A DNA stretch of 64,000 nucleotides. Source: Glaucostegus cemiculus. Taxonomy: Eukaryota. Location: NCBI GenBank assembly GCA_976551045.1, contig CDPCPM010000037.1, positions 29,822,001 to 29,886,000 on the forward strand, written 5' to 3'. The position numbers were made by a program, and so were the translations under genes. The notes beneath the pieces are model-generated. The model was given only the letters and a program-made list of their open reading frames with translations, was not told the origin of the DNA and did no database searches. The first letter of the stretch is position 1; each line of letters starts with the position of its first letter. Positions 36,481-47,700 of this stretch are shown piece by piece.

Positions 36481-37370
36481 TTTCTTCAAGAGATGCTTCA
36501 CACTTGCTGACTGTGCTAGACTTTAGGGCACACCAGGAGCCTTGGACACATTGTCTCTCCTGTTGGTTGGGAAGCACAGCCTGTGAAGTACTGACTTCTT
36601 GAGATCTCCTTGAGATCTTCAGCGGTGAGTTTCCGTTGCAATTCCTACGTAGGGACCAAGTTAATGGTTAAGTAGTGGTTGGTCTAGCAGATGTCAAAAC
36701 CTGTCATGGCACAGGTGACGTGGACATCCTCGCTGCCCATCAACTAGGGCATAACCTGTTAGTGCCCGAGTCAAGAGCATTTCACTTGCCTCCCTGATGG
36801 AACAGGGTGTTGGTGAAATCAAGCAAGACCACCTTATGAGCATTTTGTCATAGAGTCACACAGCACACCACCCCTTTGGCCCGACTCGTCCACACCAACC
36901 AAGAAGTTCATCTAAGATAGTCCCATTTTCCCGCATTCCTCCAAACCTTTCCCTTCTATGCATCCGTCCAAACATCTTTTCAATATCGTTATCATACCCA
37001 CCTTCCTCTGGAGGGGAGGACTTGGAGTTACAACAAGCAACACCTGAGGTTTCTACCGCTCCATGCCCTTTAAGAAAGTGTTCTACTTGTAGACTGCCAA
37101 GCTTCACAACCTTTCACACTTTTATCATTTCCAAAGACCCTAAAGCGGTGGGTATCCAAAGTGAGCTTCAAACCATCTCGGTGTCAAGGGTTTTTTTGGA
37201 AGTGCAAATTTGATTTGGATTCATAGATATATTTGTGGTAATAACAAATGGGTCTTTGTACTTGACAAGAACATTTTTTCTGATTAATTTGAAATAGAAT
37301 TCATTTTTTAAAAAATATTCCCATAATGAACCCTACTATCAACGACTGAGATTACGTGCTTCAGACTCAC

Positions 37371-37488
37371 CTGGGAAGTCAACGATTAGCCAGCCGTCAT
37401 CCTCCTTCTCGATCAAGCTGGGACTGGGAGCCTCAGTGCAGACCTCATCGGGTTCCCCATAGAAAAAGCTGGTGAGTCGGTGGAACAT
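37371..37488 (-). CDS. TP53INP2: TP53INP2 first coding exon: MFHRLTSFFYGEPDEVCTEAPSPSLIEKEDDGWLIVDFP, including the LIR motif DDGWLIV
   Basis: ATG at 37488 in ACCATG context; donor CCAG|GTGAGT after 37371 (phase 1; 118 nt = 39 codons + 1); sequence fits the TP53INP N-terminus. Not in the ORF track because it is too short. Confidence 0.93.
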
Positions 37489-37673
37489 GGTAGTCTGGCT
37501 GTGAGGGCGGCCCGCGGTCTAACGCACAGGCAGACAACCAATGGCGGAGGGGCTGGCAGGGGGCTGGTGGGCGAGCAGTGCACAAGGATCCGCTGGGCGA
37601 CGGGAAGCTGAGCAACGGGTAGGTCTCAGAGGGCCGTCATAAGGTGTTCACTTGGTTTACTGGCAAAGAAGGC
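37489..37673 (-). other. TP53INP2: TP53INP2 5' UTR part of the ATG-bearing exon
   Basis: GC-rich stretch upstream of the ATG, bounded by acceptor tttactttttgtcctcatatgttccag (AG at 37675-37674). Confidence 0.75.
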
Positions 37674-37774
37674 CTGGAACATATGAGGACAAAAAGTAAA
37701 GCAGACTTTACCCAACAACGATAACTAACCAAATGTGCTTTTTCTTCCGTACAAGCCCAACCCACAGCTGAAGA

Positions 37775-38000
37775 TCGGTAAATTGATTTATTATTGTCAC
37801 ATGCACAGTGGAAAACTTTGTTTTGCATTCCATCTATACTGATCATTTCGTTACAAGAGAGCATTGAGGTAGTCCAAGGGAGAAGCCATAACAGAATGCA
37901 GAATAAAGTGTTACAGTTACAGAGAAAGTGCAGTTCAGGCAGACAATAAGGGTGCAAGGCCATAACAAGGTAGATTGTGAAGTCAAGTGCCCATTTTATA
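37775..38000 (-). mobile_element. Rex/Babar LINE 3' UTR fragment
   Basis: Matches the 22395-22640 sequence. Confidence 0.75.
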
Positions 38001-38259
38001 ACAAAAACATCAGTATTAAACTGTGGGATTAAGTACACCATACTGCAGGGACTCTATTTAAATTTGTTAACAATCACACACTCTGGGGACGTAATCAGAC
38101 TTGACATGGATTAGGGGATACCAACTCTGGCTGGTTGTATTCCTGGTGATTTCATCATGTGCTCTCCTATTGCTGGTCGCAATGATATATCCACATCCTT
38201 CCCAGGCTTATCAAAAAGCACAGACTATTCTGAATTACGGCTGAAAATACTAGAAACAC

Positions 38260-38460
38260 TCAACAGATCAGGCAGCATCTGGGGAGAGGGAAACAGTTAA
38301 TAGTTTAGGTCTGGGACCCTTTGTCAGATGAATCCTTGATCTAAAATGACAATTCCAGTTCTCTCTTCACAGAAGCTGCCTGACCTGCTAAGTGTTTCCA
38401 GCATTTCTGTATTTAATTTCATGTTTCTGGCATCTGCAGTTTTGTTTTTGGTTTTTGGCT
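38260..38460. repeat. Second, more diverged Penelope terminal-repeat foldback
   Basis: gaaacactcaacagatcaggcagcatctg is inverted relative to cagaagctgcctgacctgctaagtgtttc, with hammerhead-like remnants between. Confidence 0.65.
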
Positions 38461-38719
38461 CAGACTATTATCCGATTTCATGACTCTTGATTCAAAGAGC
38501 CTTTTCTCTTCTTTTACCATGTTTTCAAAACTGATAAAAGTGTGTGATATAAAGCTATGCTTATTTCAATGCTTGTAATTTTCCAAAGTTGTTCGAGGCA
38601 GTGTTCAGATTCCAGGACAATTCTGGAGAGTTGGAAACCCTGACGTTGGGAGTCACCGTGGTAAACCAACCTGCCAACATCCACCTCAACAAATGGTCAT
38701 GGGCAAGATGCCAATGGGC

Positions 38720-39610
38720 TGCGATCCACATCCTGGAACATGAAGCAGGAATCGCCATTTGACCTTTGTGCCCATTCTGACATTCAATAAGATAGTGGCT
38801 GACCTTTTACCTCTGTGCCACTTTCCTGTACTAACCCCAAACTCCTCAATTCCCTTGAAATCCAAAAGATCCATTGACCCTTCCTTGAATATATTCAGCC
38901 CAGAATTCCAAGGATTCACCACCATTTGGGTGAAAAAATCTTTTCATCTCTTATTGAATGGCCCATCTTATACTTGAGACCATAACTTCTGATCCTAAAG
39001 GAAAAGTCATCCCTACATCTACCCTGTAAAGTCCCCTTAGAACTTGGCACATCATCCCTCATTCTTCTAAACTGTGGAGAACTTAAGCCCAAAATGCAAA
39101 CGCAAAACATCAGAAGAACTCAACAGGTCTAGCAGCATCTGTGGAGTGTGAAACAGAGTTAATGTTTCAGATTAATGATCCTCTCTGGAAGAGAGTATAG
39201 GCCTACACTGTTTAATCTCTCCACATGACAAACTCACTATCTTAGTAATCAATCTGGTGATATTTTGGCTGCACTACCCCTGTCGAGTATATTCTTGGAT
39301 GTGGTGACAGACTCATACACTATATTCCAGCTGCATTCTCAAAAGGTCCCTTGTATAAATGAAGCAGTTTGTCTTTATGTGCAGTGAAGACCAACACATC
39401 ATTTCCACTCCTAACTCCATGCTGTAACCTGAATATCAACTTGAAGCAATTTGTGTGCAAGGATGCTCCAACCCCTCTGAACATCTACATCTTCCTGGCT
39501 CTCACCATCTAAAACTCGGGGTTTCAATTCTTCTCCTAACGTGGATGACCTCACTTTTTCCAGATATTACATCTACCACATCCTCACCCATTCACTTAAT
39601 TTGTCTATAT
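38720..39610 (-). mobile_element. Old CR1 LINE fragment with a Penelope-repeat remnant (about 39105-39190)
   Basis: VVNPWNS remnant and CR1-like 3' end. Confidence 0.6.
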
Positions 39611-40134
39611 TCCTCCCCCCCCCCAAAAGCCCCCCTGCATCCGTCACACAGCCCACACTGCCACCTAGTTTTGTATTATTCAAGAAAAGAGGAGCAAAGG
39701 AAATAAAAGACAAAATTCTGTATGAGTGTTCATTGCACCTAATGGGTTAAAACTGCAATTCTATTTATAAATAGTACTCTCTTTCCAAGCCTATTTTGGT
39801 TTTATTAGACACGACAGAGCACCAGGTTCTGACAGCAGTGAAGACGTCAAGACTTCAGTGCCAACAACTGGAATTTGGTCATTAAAGTCAACCATAACAT
39901 AGCTGCAGCCTCACAATGCAACACATTCCATCAAGACCGTAAGTTTACAGGAGGTACTCTGTCTATTAGCTACTGTTTATGGACTTTTATTTGTTTCCCT
40001 GTCAACGGTTTTTATAACTGCGAAATATTTCCTCACTTGAGGTCTGTTCCAGAACCAAACTTTATTATTTCATGCACACCCTCCCCCCCCAAGAGACACA
40101 GTCACAGGAAAGATCGAGGAAGGGTCTTCTGGAG

Positions 40135-40448
40135 TTAGAAGCTTACCCGTGGTTAAGCACTGTGTCATTTTACAATCATAAGTGGTCATCATATACTTCT
40201 CTTTGGCCAATGAAAAGGGAATAGAGAACAGGAATTCCAGTTATTCTCAGACCCACAGGGGGTGTTGAAATTCCCTTCTCATTGGGTAAATGATGAACAC
40301 TTACGGTTTTAAAATGTTACAGTGCTTAACCACAGGTAAGCTGCTAATTCATACCTTACTCATGGTTGAGTGTTTGTCCTCCATTAATGCATCTCAGTTT
40401 GGAGATGCAATAATGAGGACAAACTCTCAACCATAGGCAAGGTATGAA
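40135..40448. repeat. Two adjacent long imperfect palindromes (40135-40347 and 40348-40448)
   Basis: Manual alignment: hairpin 1 outer arms 62 bp with about 9 mismatches plus an inner 15/16 pair; hairpin 2 arms about 47 bp with about 6 differences and a 6-nt loop. Confidence 0.9.
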
Positions 40449-41601
40449 GTCAACCTTTCCAGTGCAATAACATTGGTATAATAGAGAATTAAACAGTTTC
40501 ACATTCACAGGCAAAACCCATTACTGGGGCATTTTTTTCTTAAATCTCTCTTTACAAATGAGTAACAGCCAAGAAAACTGCAGTCCTTCCCCCCTCCAAA
40601 CAAGGAGCTCTTTAAAGATTTAGCTTTTTTTTTTAAAATGCCTATTAAAGCTCAAGTTGACAACACATTTGTATTGTTAGCCATCTATGTGGCTTTGAAC
40701 ATCTTAAAGTTCCTCAAGTTAAGGTCTCGAAATGGGGGCAGACTTAATTTCAAAAGCGTAAAGAGGACCTGGTGAAATTAGATTGGGAGCATATGCTTGC
40801 AGGTAAAACAACCGCCTACAAGTGGCAGTCTTTTAAAACCGAGTTATTGTGTGTAGAGGATTGAGTAGTCACTTGTTTGTGGGCATGCAATAAATTGAGA
40901 GGCATAGACTGAGTGGACAGCCAGCACCTTTTCCCCAGGGCGGCATCCAAGAGGAAAGTTTAGGGTTAAAACTGCAATAGAAACTGCAAGTTTTTACACA
41001 GGAGTGGTGGGTGCCTGGAACGCACTGCCGGGGAGGGAGGGGGGTGCGGGGAGGCTTGGTGGTTGTAGAGGCTGATTCAACAGGGACCTTTAAAAGGCTC
41101 TTGAAGGGGCACATGGAAGTAAGAAAAATAGAGAGTTACAAGCTGTACAGGAGGGAAGGGTTAGATTGATCATGGAGGTGTTCAGGTAGTCCGGCACAAC
41201 ATCATGGGCCAAAAGACCCGTACTGTGCTGTACTGTACTGTACTGTTCTATTACACACTGGGCAGTAAAAAGACTGGAGTGATTCAGAGGGGAGAAAAGG
41301 ACTTCTGGAGTAGGTGGGACCTGTACAAAGAGGACAGGTTGCACCTAAACCAGAAAGGGACCAATATCCTTGCAGTGAGGTCTGCTCACACTACTCGGGA
41401 GGGTTCAAACTAATCTAGCAGGGGGTAGGGAGTATGGCAGCAGTGTAGCAAGTCGGGAGAAAAACCAGAGGATAAATCAATGGGGCGAGCAGACGGAGGC
41501 AGTTCAGGTAGTATGGGGGGCTGACAGGCTCAACTGCATTTGCCTTAATGCAAGGGGCCTCACAGTTAAGTCAGATGAGCTTACAGCATGGATCAGCACT
41601 T

Positions 41602-41942
41602 GGAACACAGCATAAAACAGTCCCTTTGGCCCACCAAGTTGTGCTGTCCTTCAAACATTTCACAATCTAACTCTTTCCTCCCACATATCCTACTATTCCA
41701 CATTCTTCCATATGCCTATCCAACAATCTCTTAAACCTGTCCAACGTATCTGCCTCTACCACCACCCCAGGCAGCGCATTCCATGTGCCAACCACTCTCT
41801 GGGTGAAAAACTTCCCTCTGACATCTCCCCTAAACTTTCCACCCAATATCTTAAAGCCATGCCCTCTCATCTTGTGCATCTGCGCTCTGAGAAAGAGGCG
41901 CTGGCTGTCAACTCTATCTATTCCTCTCAATATCTTATACAC
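41602..41942 (-). mobile_element. Young CR1 3' fragment (copy 1)
   Basis: ORF 41667-41942 is an intact CR1 C-terminus. Confidence 0.88.
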
Positions 41943-43464
41943 AATTAGAGATTAGAGAGTAATTAGAGAGTATATCCTGGAGGGATCGTTCAATGAGGCC
42001 AAAGGAATTTAGGAATAAGAAAGGGGCATTAATTTTTCTGGAGTTATACTGTAGGCCTCCCAATAGTCAGAGGGAATTAGTCGAGTTGATTATACATGCA
42101 AATTGAGGGAAGGTACAAGACCAATAAGGTTACAGTAGCAGGAGAATTTTAATGTTCACAATGTTAATTGGGATTGCCTTTAGTGCAAGGGGCTTCGATG
42201 GGACAGAATTTGTGGAGTGTATCCAAGAAAGTTTTTGGATACAATATGTAGATAGTCCTACTAGAGATGGGGGCAGTACTCACCTCATCTTTGGTTATGA
42301 AGCTGGGCAGATGGTGGAAGTGACAGTGGGGGGGGCCACTTTGGGAACAGTGATCATAATTCTGCAAGTTTTAAGGTAGTTATGGAAAGGGATGAGGTTG
42401 ATCCTCAAGTTATGACCTTGAATTTGGTGTGGGGGGAGGGGGCCGAAAGAAATGTGTGGCGGGGGGGGGGGGGGGAGGAGAGTGGCTTGGGGTGGGGGTG
42501 TTGGGGGGGGGGGTAGTGAATAAAAGAGGCATATGGCTTACAGATCAAAAACAACAGTGCACCAGTGTCAGTCCTTTAAAAAGAGAGCAAGAGTTCAGGG
42601 CCAGTAAGGGTGAAAAGCAAAGACAACAAGATTAGAAAACCTTGGATGACAAAGGATATTGAAGGTTTAAAAATCAGAAAAGTATGTAGCAGGTCGAGGC
42701 AATGAGAACTGAGAGACACACAAGGAACATAGAACGCACAGGAGAGAATTTAAATTGGGAGGACAAAGAGGGTTATTGGCACATGAAATTAAGGAGAACT
42801 CCAAGATAGTGGTTGGTCAATAGAATCTTCTCCCCCCCCTACTGTAGAGATATAAAAAACAAAAAGAGCATAGATTTAAGGTAAGAGGAAGGGATTTGAG
42901 GGGAAAAAGTAATGTTTAGTCTCACACACACACAGCCTGATATTTGGAACGAGCTGCCAGAAGTGCAGGTGGAACCATTACCTTTAAGAGTCACTTAGAC
43001 AGGCAACTAGACAGTCCTGGTCTACGCAACCGTTCCTTGTTACTCGGCACCCAAGTCCAGGGGGCAACCTGGTAAATCTTTTCTGCACTCCTTCTAGTTT
43101 AATAGCATCTTTCCTATAATATGGTGACCAAAACCGTGCACAATACTCCAAGTGCGGCCTGACCAATGTCTTACATAATTTCCCAGCTCCCCTACTCAGT
43201 GCCCTGACTGATGAAGGCCAGCACACCAAACGCCGCCTTCACCACTCCACCTACCTGTGTTGCCACTTTCAGCGAACTATGCACTTGTACTTCTAGGTCC
43301 TTCTATTCCATTACACTCCCCAGGGCCCTGCCATTCACTGTACAAATTCTACCCTGGTTTGGTCTCTCAAAATGCAATACCTTACATTTATCTGGATTGA
43401 AACCCATTTGCCAATCCTCAGCCCACATACCCAGCTGATCAAGATTCCCATAATTTATCATAAC

Positions 43465-43824
43465 CATACCACAGAACCATAGAACCTTACAGCACAAAAC
43501 AGGCCCTTCGGCCCACCAAGTTGTGCCATCCTTCAAACATTTCACAATCTAGCTCTTTACTCCCACATAACCTACTATTCCACATTCTTCCATGTGCCTA
43601 TCTAACAATCTCTTGAACCTGTCCATCATATCTGCCTCTACTACCACCCCAGGCAGCGCATTCCATGCACCAACCACTCTCTGGGTGAAAAACTTCCCTC
43701 TGACATCTCCCCTAAACTTTCCACCCAATATCTTATAGCCATGCCCTCTCGTCTTGTGCATCTGCGCTCTGGGAAAGAGGCGCTGGCTATCGACTCTATC
43801 TATTCTTCTCAATATCTTATACAC
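43465..43824 (-). mobile_element. Young CR1 3' fragment (copy 2, same 5' breakpoint as copy 1)
   Basis: ORF 43549-43824 is nearly identical to 41667-41942. Confidence 0.88.
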
Positions 43825-43869
43825 TGATAACCTTCTACACTATCTACAACACCTATTTTATTATCCCAC

Positions 43870-44097
43870 CAGTGTCTGTAAGGAGTTTGTATGTTCTGCC
43901 CCTGTCTGCGTGGGTTTCCTCCAGGTGCTCCAGTTTTCTCCCACATTCCAAAGATGCATGGGTTAGGAAGTTGTGGGCATGCTATGTTGGCACCAGAAGC
44001 ATGGCGACACTTGTGGTCTGCCCCCAGAACACTACACAGAAAGATGCATGTCACTGTGTGTTTCGATGTACATGTGACTAATAAAGAAATCTTTCTT
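43870..44097 (+). mobile_element. V-SINE type B, 5' truncated
   Basis: V-domain and type-B tail. Confidence 0.8.
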
Positions 44098-45169
44098 ACA
44101 AACTATGCCTTGTACTTTCCCATCCAAATCATTTATATAAATTACAAATAAAGGTCCCAGCACCGACCCCAGTGACACACCACTAGACACAGGCCTCCTG
44201 TCTAAGCAACCTTTGACCATCACCCTCTGCTTCCTACCACTGAGCCAGTTATGAATCCAATCCACCATCTGCCTATGGATCCCATGTGATCTAACATCCC
44301 AGATCAGTACTTTTGGTATTACTTTCAGTACGAAACATTTATATATTGGTGTGGTGATATTGTAGTTATTTAAGTGGACTCTTAATGCAGAGATCTGAAA
44401 CAAATTCCAATCACACCAGACACTTTGAGAAACTGAATTCAGTTTTAAGAACCTGCAAGTGAAGTGTTGAACAAGTATGAAAATGTTGAATATATTAAAA
44501 TCACTCATTCCTTAATGGACATTAATCTTGCCACCCTTGCCTCCGGTGGCCATGGACAAATGTGTTTTACTCTGTACCCTCCGAATAAGTCTAACAAGGT
44601 GTTTCTTTCATTATCAAACTGGTTTTGCCCATGACACTCACAACTAGAGAGTGAATTTAACACCATTTGCTATTCAGCCCTTCCAGCAGTAAAGCTCCAC
44701 ACTATTTTGAATGTCACCCCATATAAAGACTCCCTTCTCCACCAGTGTACAGTGGATGCAAAATCTACTGCCTGCAAGATGGAATGCAGCAATTTGCCAA
44801 GGCTGCTTTATCGGCAACCTTTAACCAACGGCCCCTATCACAAGAGAGTAGGTGCATTGGAGCACCAGTGCACGCAGGCTCCTCTCCAAACAGCAGTTCT
44901 TCCTGACCCAGAAGTACATCAGCACTCGTTCACCATCTATCCTGGAACTTCTATTTAAGAGCAGTGGGATTATTGTCACCACAACGGCCAGGAACGCACA
45001 TCACAATCACTTTCTAAAGGGTAATCACAGATGAGTGTAAAAAGCAACTAATTAACAGACTAGCCAACTTTGATCAAAGGGAAGTTCATGAATAAGGTAA
45101 TGAATATTTGGTTGTGCTTTAGCTGATACCAAGATCAGTAGAAGGATCCTACTGCTGAAAGTACTTCAC

Positions 45170-45690
45170 TGTGGACACACACCAAGGCAGACATGAAGTG
45201 CTGCTGGAGGATCATCAACTTGGTGAAAGACGCCCTTTGGTGTGCCTGAAACTTGTTGAGATATTGGTCAGGGAATGTTAGAGACTGATGGAATCTGGAG
45301 CAATACACAAAAAGTGCTGGAGGAACTCAGCAGGTCAGGCAGCATCCGTGAAGGGAAATAAATGGTCGACGTTTCGGGCCAAGGCCCTTCATCAGAACTG
45401 GAAATTAAGAGGGCAGAAGCCAGAATAAGAAAAAGGACCACAGTCTGGGCTCCTTCTGCTACCGCACATGGAGAGGCTGAGTTGGGTGGGGTAGCCCCTC
45501 GAACAATGAAGAAGGCACATCACCCCAGGGGGGCAAATGAGTGGCGTGGTGCTATGTTTATTTGTCTGTCTTTTTCTAAAAAAAGTCTACATTACATTCA
45601 TGGTCATTACATTCAGTAAGAAAGTTTTCTGTACTGCTTTTTTCCTTTGTTATATATTTTTTCATTATGAAAATAGTTCATTTTGGAAAA
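45170..45690 (+). mobile_element. Tx1/L1-like LINE 3' fragment interrupted by a Penelope repeat (about 45283-45435, minus)
   Basis: tgctggaggatcatcaacttggtgaaagacgccctttggtgtgcc = CWRIINLVKDALWCA, a Tx1-like C-terminal motif. Confidence 0.55.
45363..45400 (-). ncRNA. Minimal type I hammerhead ribozyme motif; best-preserved copy in the window
   Basis: RNA CAGUU-CUGAUGA-A-GGGC(CUUG)GCCC-GAAAC-GUC-GACCA: intact core boxes, 4-bp stem II, GUC triplet (predicted cut between 45368 and 45367), 3-bp stem I. Confidence 0.7.
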
Positions 45691-45696
45691 ATAACC

Positions 45697-45990
45697 AATA
45701 TCTTTATTAGCTACATGTACATCAAAACACACAGTGAAATGCACCTTATTGCGTAGAGTGTTCTGGGGGCAGCCCGCAAGTGCCGCCACGCTTCTGGCTC
45801 CAACAATAGCATTCTCACAACTTCCTAACCCGTACGCCTTTGGAATGTGGGAGGAAACAGGAGCACCCGGAAGAAACCCACGCAGACACAGGGAGAATGT
45901 ATGAACTCCTTATAGACAGTGGCTGGAATTGAACCTGGGTCGCTGGCACTGTAAAGCGTTACAGTAACCACTACACTACTGTGCCTGCCC
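45697..45990 (-). mobile_element. V-SINE type B
   Basis: Full-length reverse copy. Confidence 0.85.
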
Positions 45991-46799
45991 CATCCAAAGC
46001 CCTCTCTCTACTTGTGATGCATGTCTTGTCCACCCTGCAGAGCCTTCCCTTGGTAACTGGGTTGAAATAGTAGATGAGAGTGGATACAAAAAACGAGCAC
46101 CAAATCAAAAGTCTTGGGTTCATGGTGTAGGCGGTTCATAGTGACAGAATTACATTCATCCACCTATAATTATTTGTACTGTTGTGAGGACATATTACTG
46201 CAAAATAATGTGATACTCAAAAATCACAATGCAGGATAATGAAGTAATTATACCCATGGAGCAGGGTACAGCTTGAAAGCTCAGAGGGAGAGGGTATCAG
46301 CTGCTTTATAAGAGATGCAATCCATCAGACTCTAGGTTTTGATTCAAGTGCTCAGATAACATCAGCAGAATGATTGGGTGTAAAGTCATCTACAAACTGG
46401 GTGAAGGCAGACTGGATTTCATCTGTGGCACCTTTCACAGCCTCAGGATATGCCCAGTACTGCATCCAAGCAAAGACAGGGGAGCATCAGAGTGTGCTAA
46501 ATGGAGGAAGTGGTGAATACCCAGACTCTAGTCTGCATACAGTATATTACGAGAATGCACCAGGTCAGGACTTAATAGTCCAGGCCATCTCTAGCCTCCT
46601 TCCATTGTCAGCCTAGCGTCACTTGTTGAGTCTCCAAAATTAATCTGTGTGGTGGGATTCCAAAGTAGGAGTTCATTAATCGATCCAATAGGGAATTTAG
46701 GAGCAACATAAGGAAAGCTGGGTAATAGAAAGATTGTGAAGTATAAACTAATATGATTAACTTAGAAATGGGTGCAAGAAGGCAGGTCAGGAGTATAAA

Positions 46800-47093
46800 G
46801 ATAAGATTTCTTCATTAGTCACACATACATCAAAACACACCGTGAAATGGATCTTTTGCGTAGAGTGTTCTGGGGGGCAGCCCACAAGTGTCGCCACGCT
46901 TCCGGCGCCAACATAGCACGCCCACAACTTCCTAACCTGTAGGTCTTTGGAATGTGGGAGGAAATTGGAGCAGCCAGAGGAAACCCACACAGTCACGGGG
47001 AGAACGTACAAACTCCTTACAGACAGCGGCGGGAATTGAACCCGGGTCGCTGGCGCTGTAATAACATTACACTAACCACTAGACTACTGTGCC
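46800..47093 (-). mobile_element. V-SINE type B
   Basis: Full-length reverse copy. Confidence 0.85.
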
Positions 47094-47197
47094 AGTATGG
47101 ACTGGTTAGGATGAATGGTATTTCTCTTTCTCCATCCTTATCCACACAAGCATAATGATTACCCACTTTCCTTGGCTTTGTGGCCAGGCCCCATCTA

Positions 47198-47700
47198 TCA
47201 GAATCAGAATCAGTTTTATTGTCACAACCATATACATACATAGTATGCATAGGAGCGAGATACCGTCCTCCTCAGCTGCTCGTCCCGTAAAAAAAATAAC
47301 ATAACAACCAACAGAGAGACACATACACACTTGGCAGAATACACAGTACAAAACATTACACATTAGAAGCTATGGAGATTGAAATTAAATTATTACGCAG
47401 ATTAAATTAAAAATGGCCAGTAAATAAATAAATAGTTATTAAAGTGAACGGGCTGGTGTCGGGCATGTAAAGTGCTGGTGCGTTTCTGTGCACCTAGCAT
47501 CTCTTAGTGTTAACAAAGGAAGATGGAGGGATGAGAGAGTTTGCAGTTCTGATGGCTTGCGGAAAGAAGCTATTGTTCAGCCTGGTCGTTCTTGCCCTGA
47601 TACATTTAAGCCTCCTCCCTGATGGCAAAATTGTGAAGAGGTGGTGGGAGGGGTGAGAAGGGTCGGCCATTATGCTTTTGGTCTTCCTCACACAACGGTC
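47198..47700 (-). mobile_element. Rex/Babar-type LINE 3' fragment
   Basis: ORF 47494-47691; near-identical to 27722-28135. Confidence 0.85.

Larger units (their letters stand above)
33600..37240 (-). mobile_element. Degenerate RTE-clade LINE hosting nested Rex, Penelope and CR1 insertions
   Basis: RTE RT remnants (KVPTG..SGKLF..RTK at about 35350-35450; GFVLNIRKTQVL at about 34385-34425), split by younger elements. Confidence 0.55.
40700..44310. mobile_element. Cluster of nested CR1 LINE fragments in both orientations
   Basis: ORF1 end (RWDLYKEDRLHLNQKGTNILA), endonuclease remnants (EFVECIQESF..QYVDSPTR), RT C-terminus (WAEDWQMGFNPDKCKVLHF; LVRPHLEYCARFWSP). Confidence 0.8.

Noticed and set aside
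13653-37488. Assignment as TP53INP1
   Set aside because: The C-terminus, the GWLIV LIR context and NCOA6 adjacency favour TP53INP2.
42428-42515. G-run clusters with G-quadruplex potential (also about 18820, 57175 and 57570)
   Set aside because: Poly-G/C runs are common throughout the window, and this one lies within decayed LINE sequence; nothing specific supports function.
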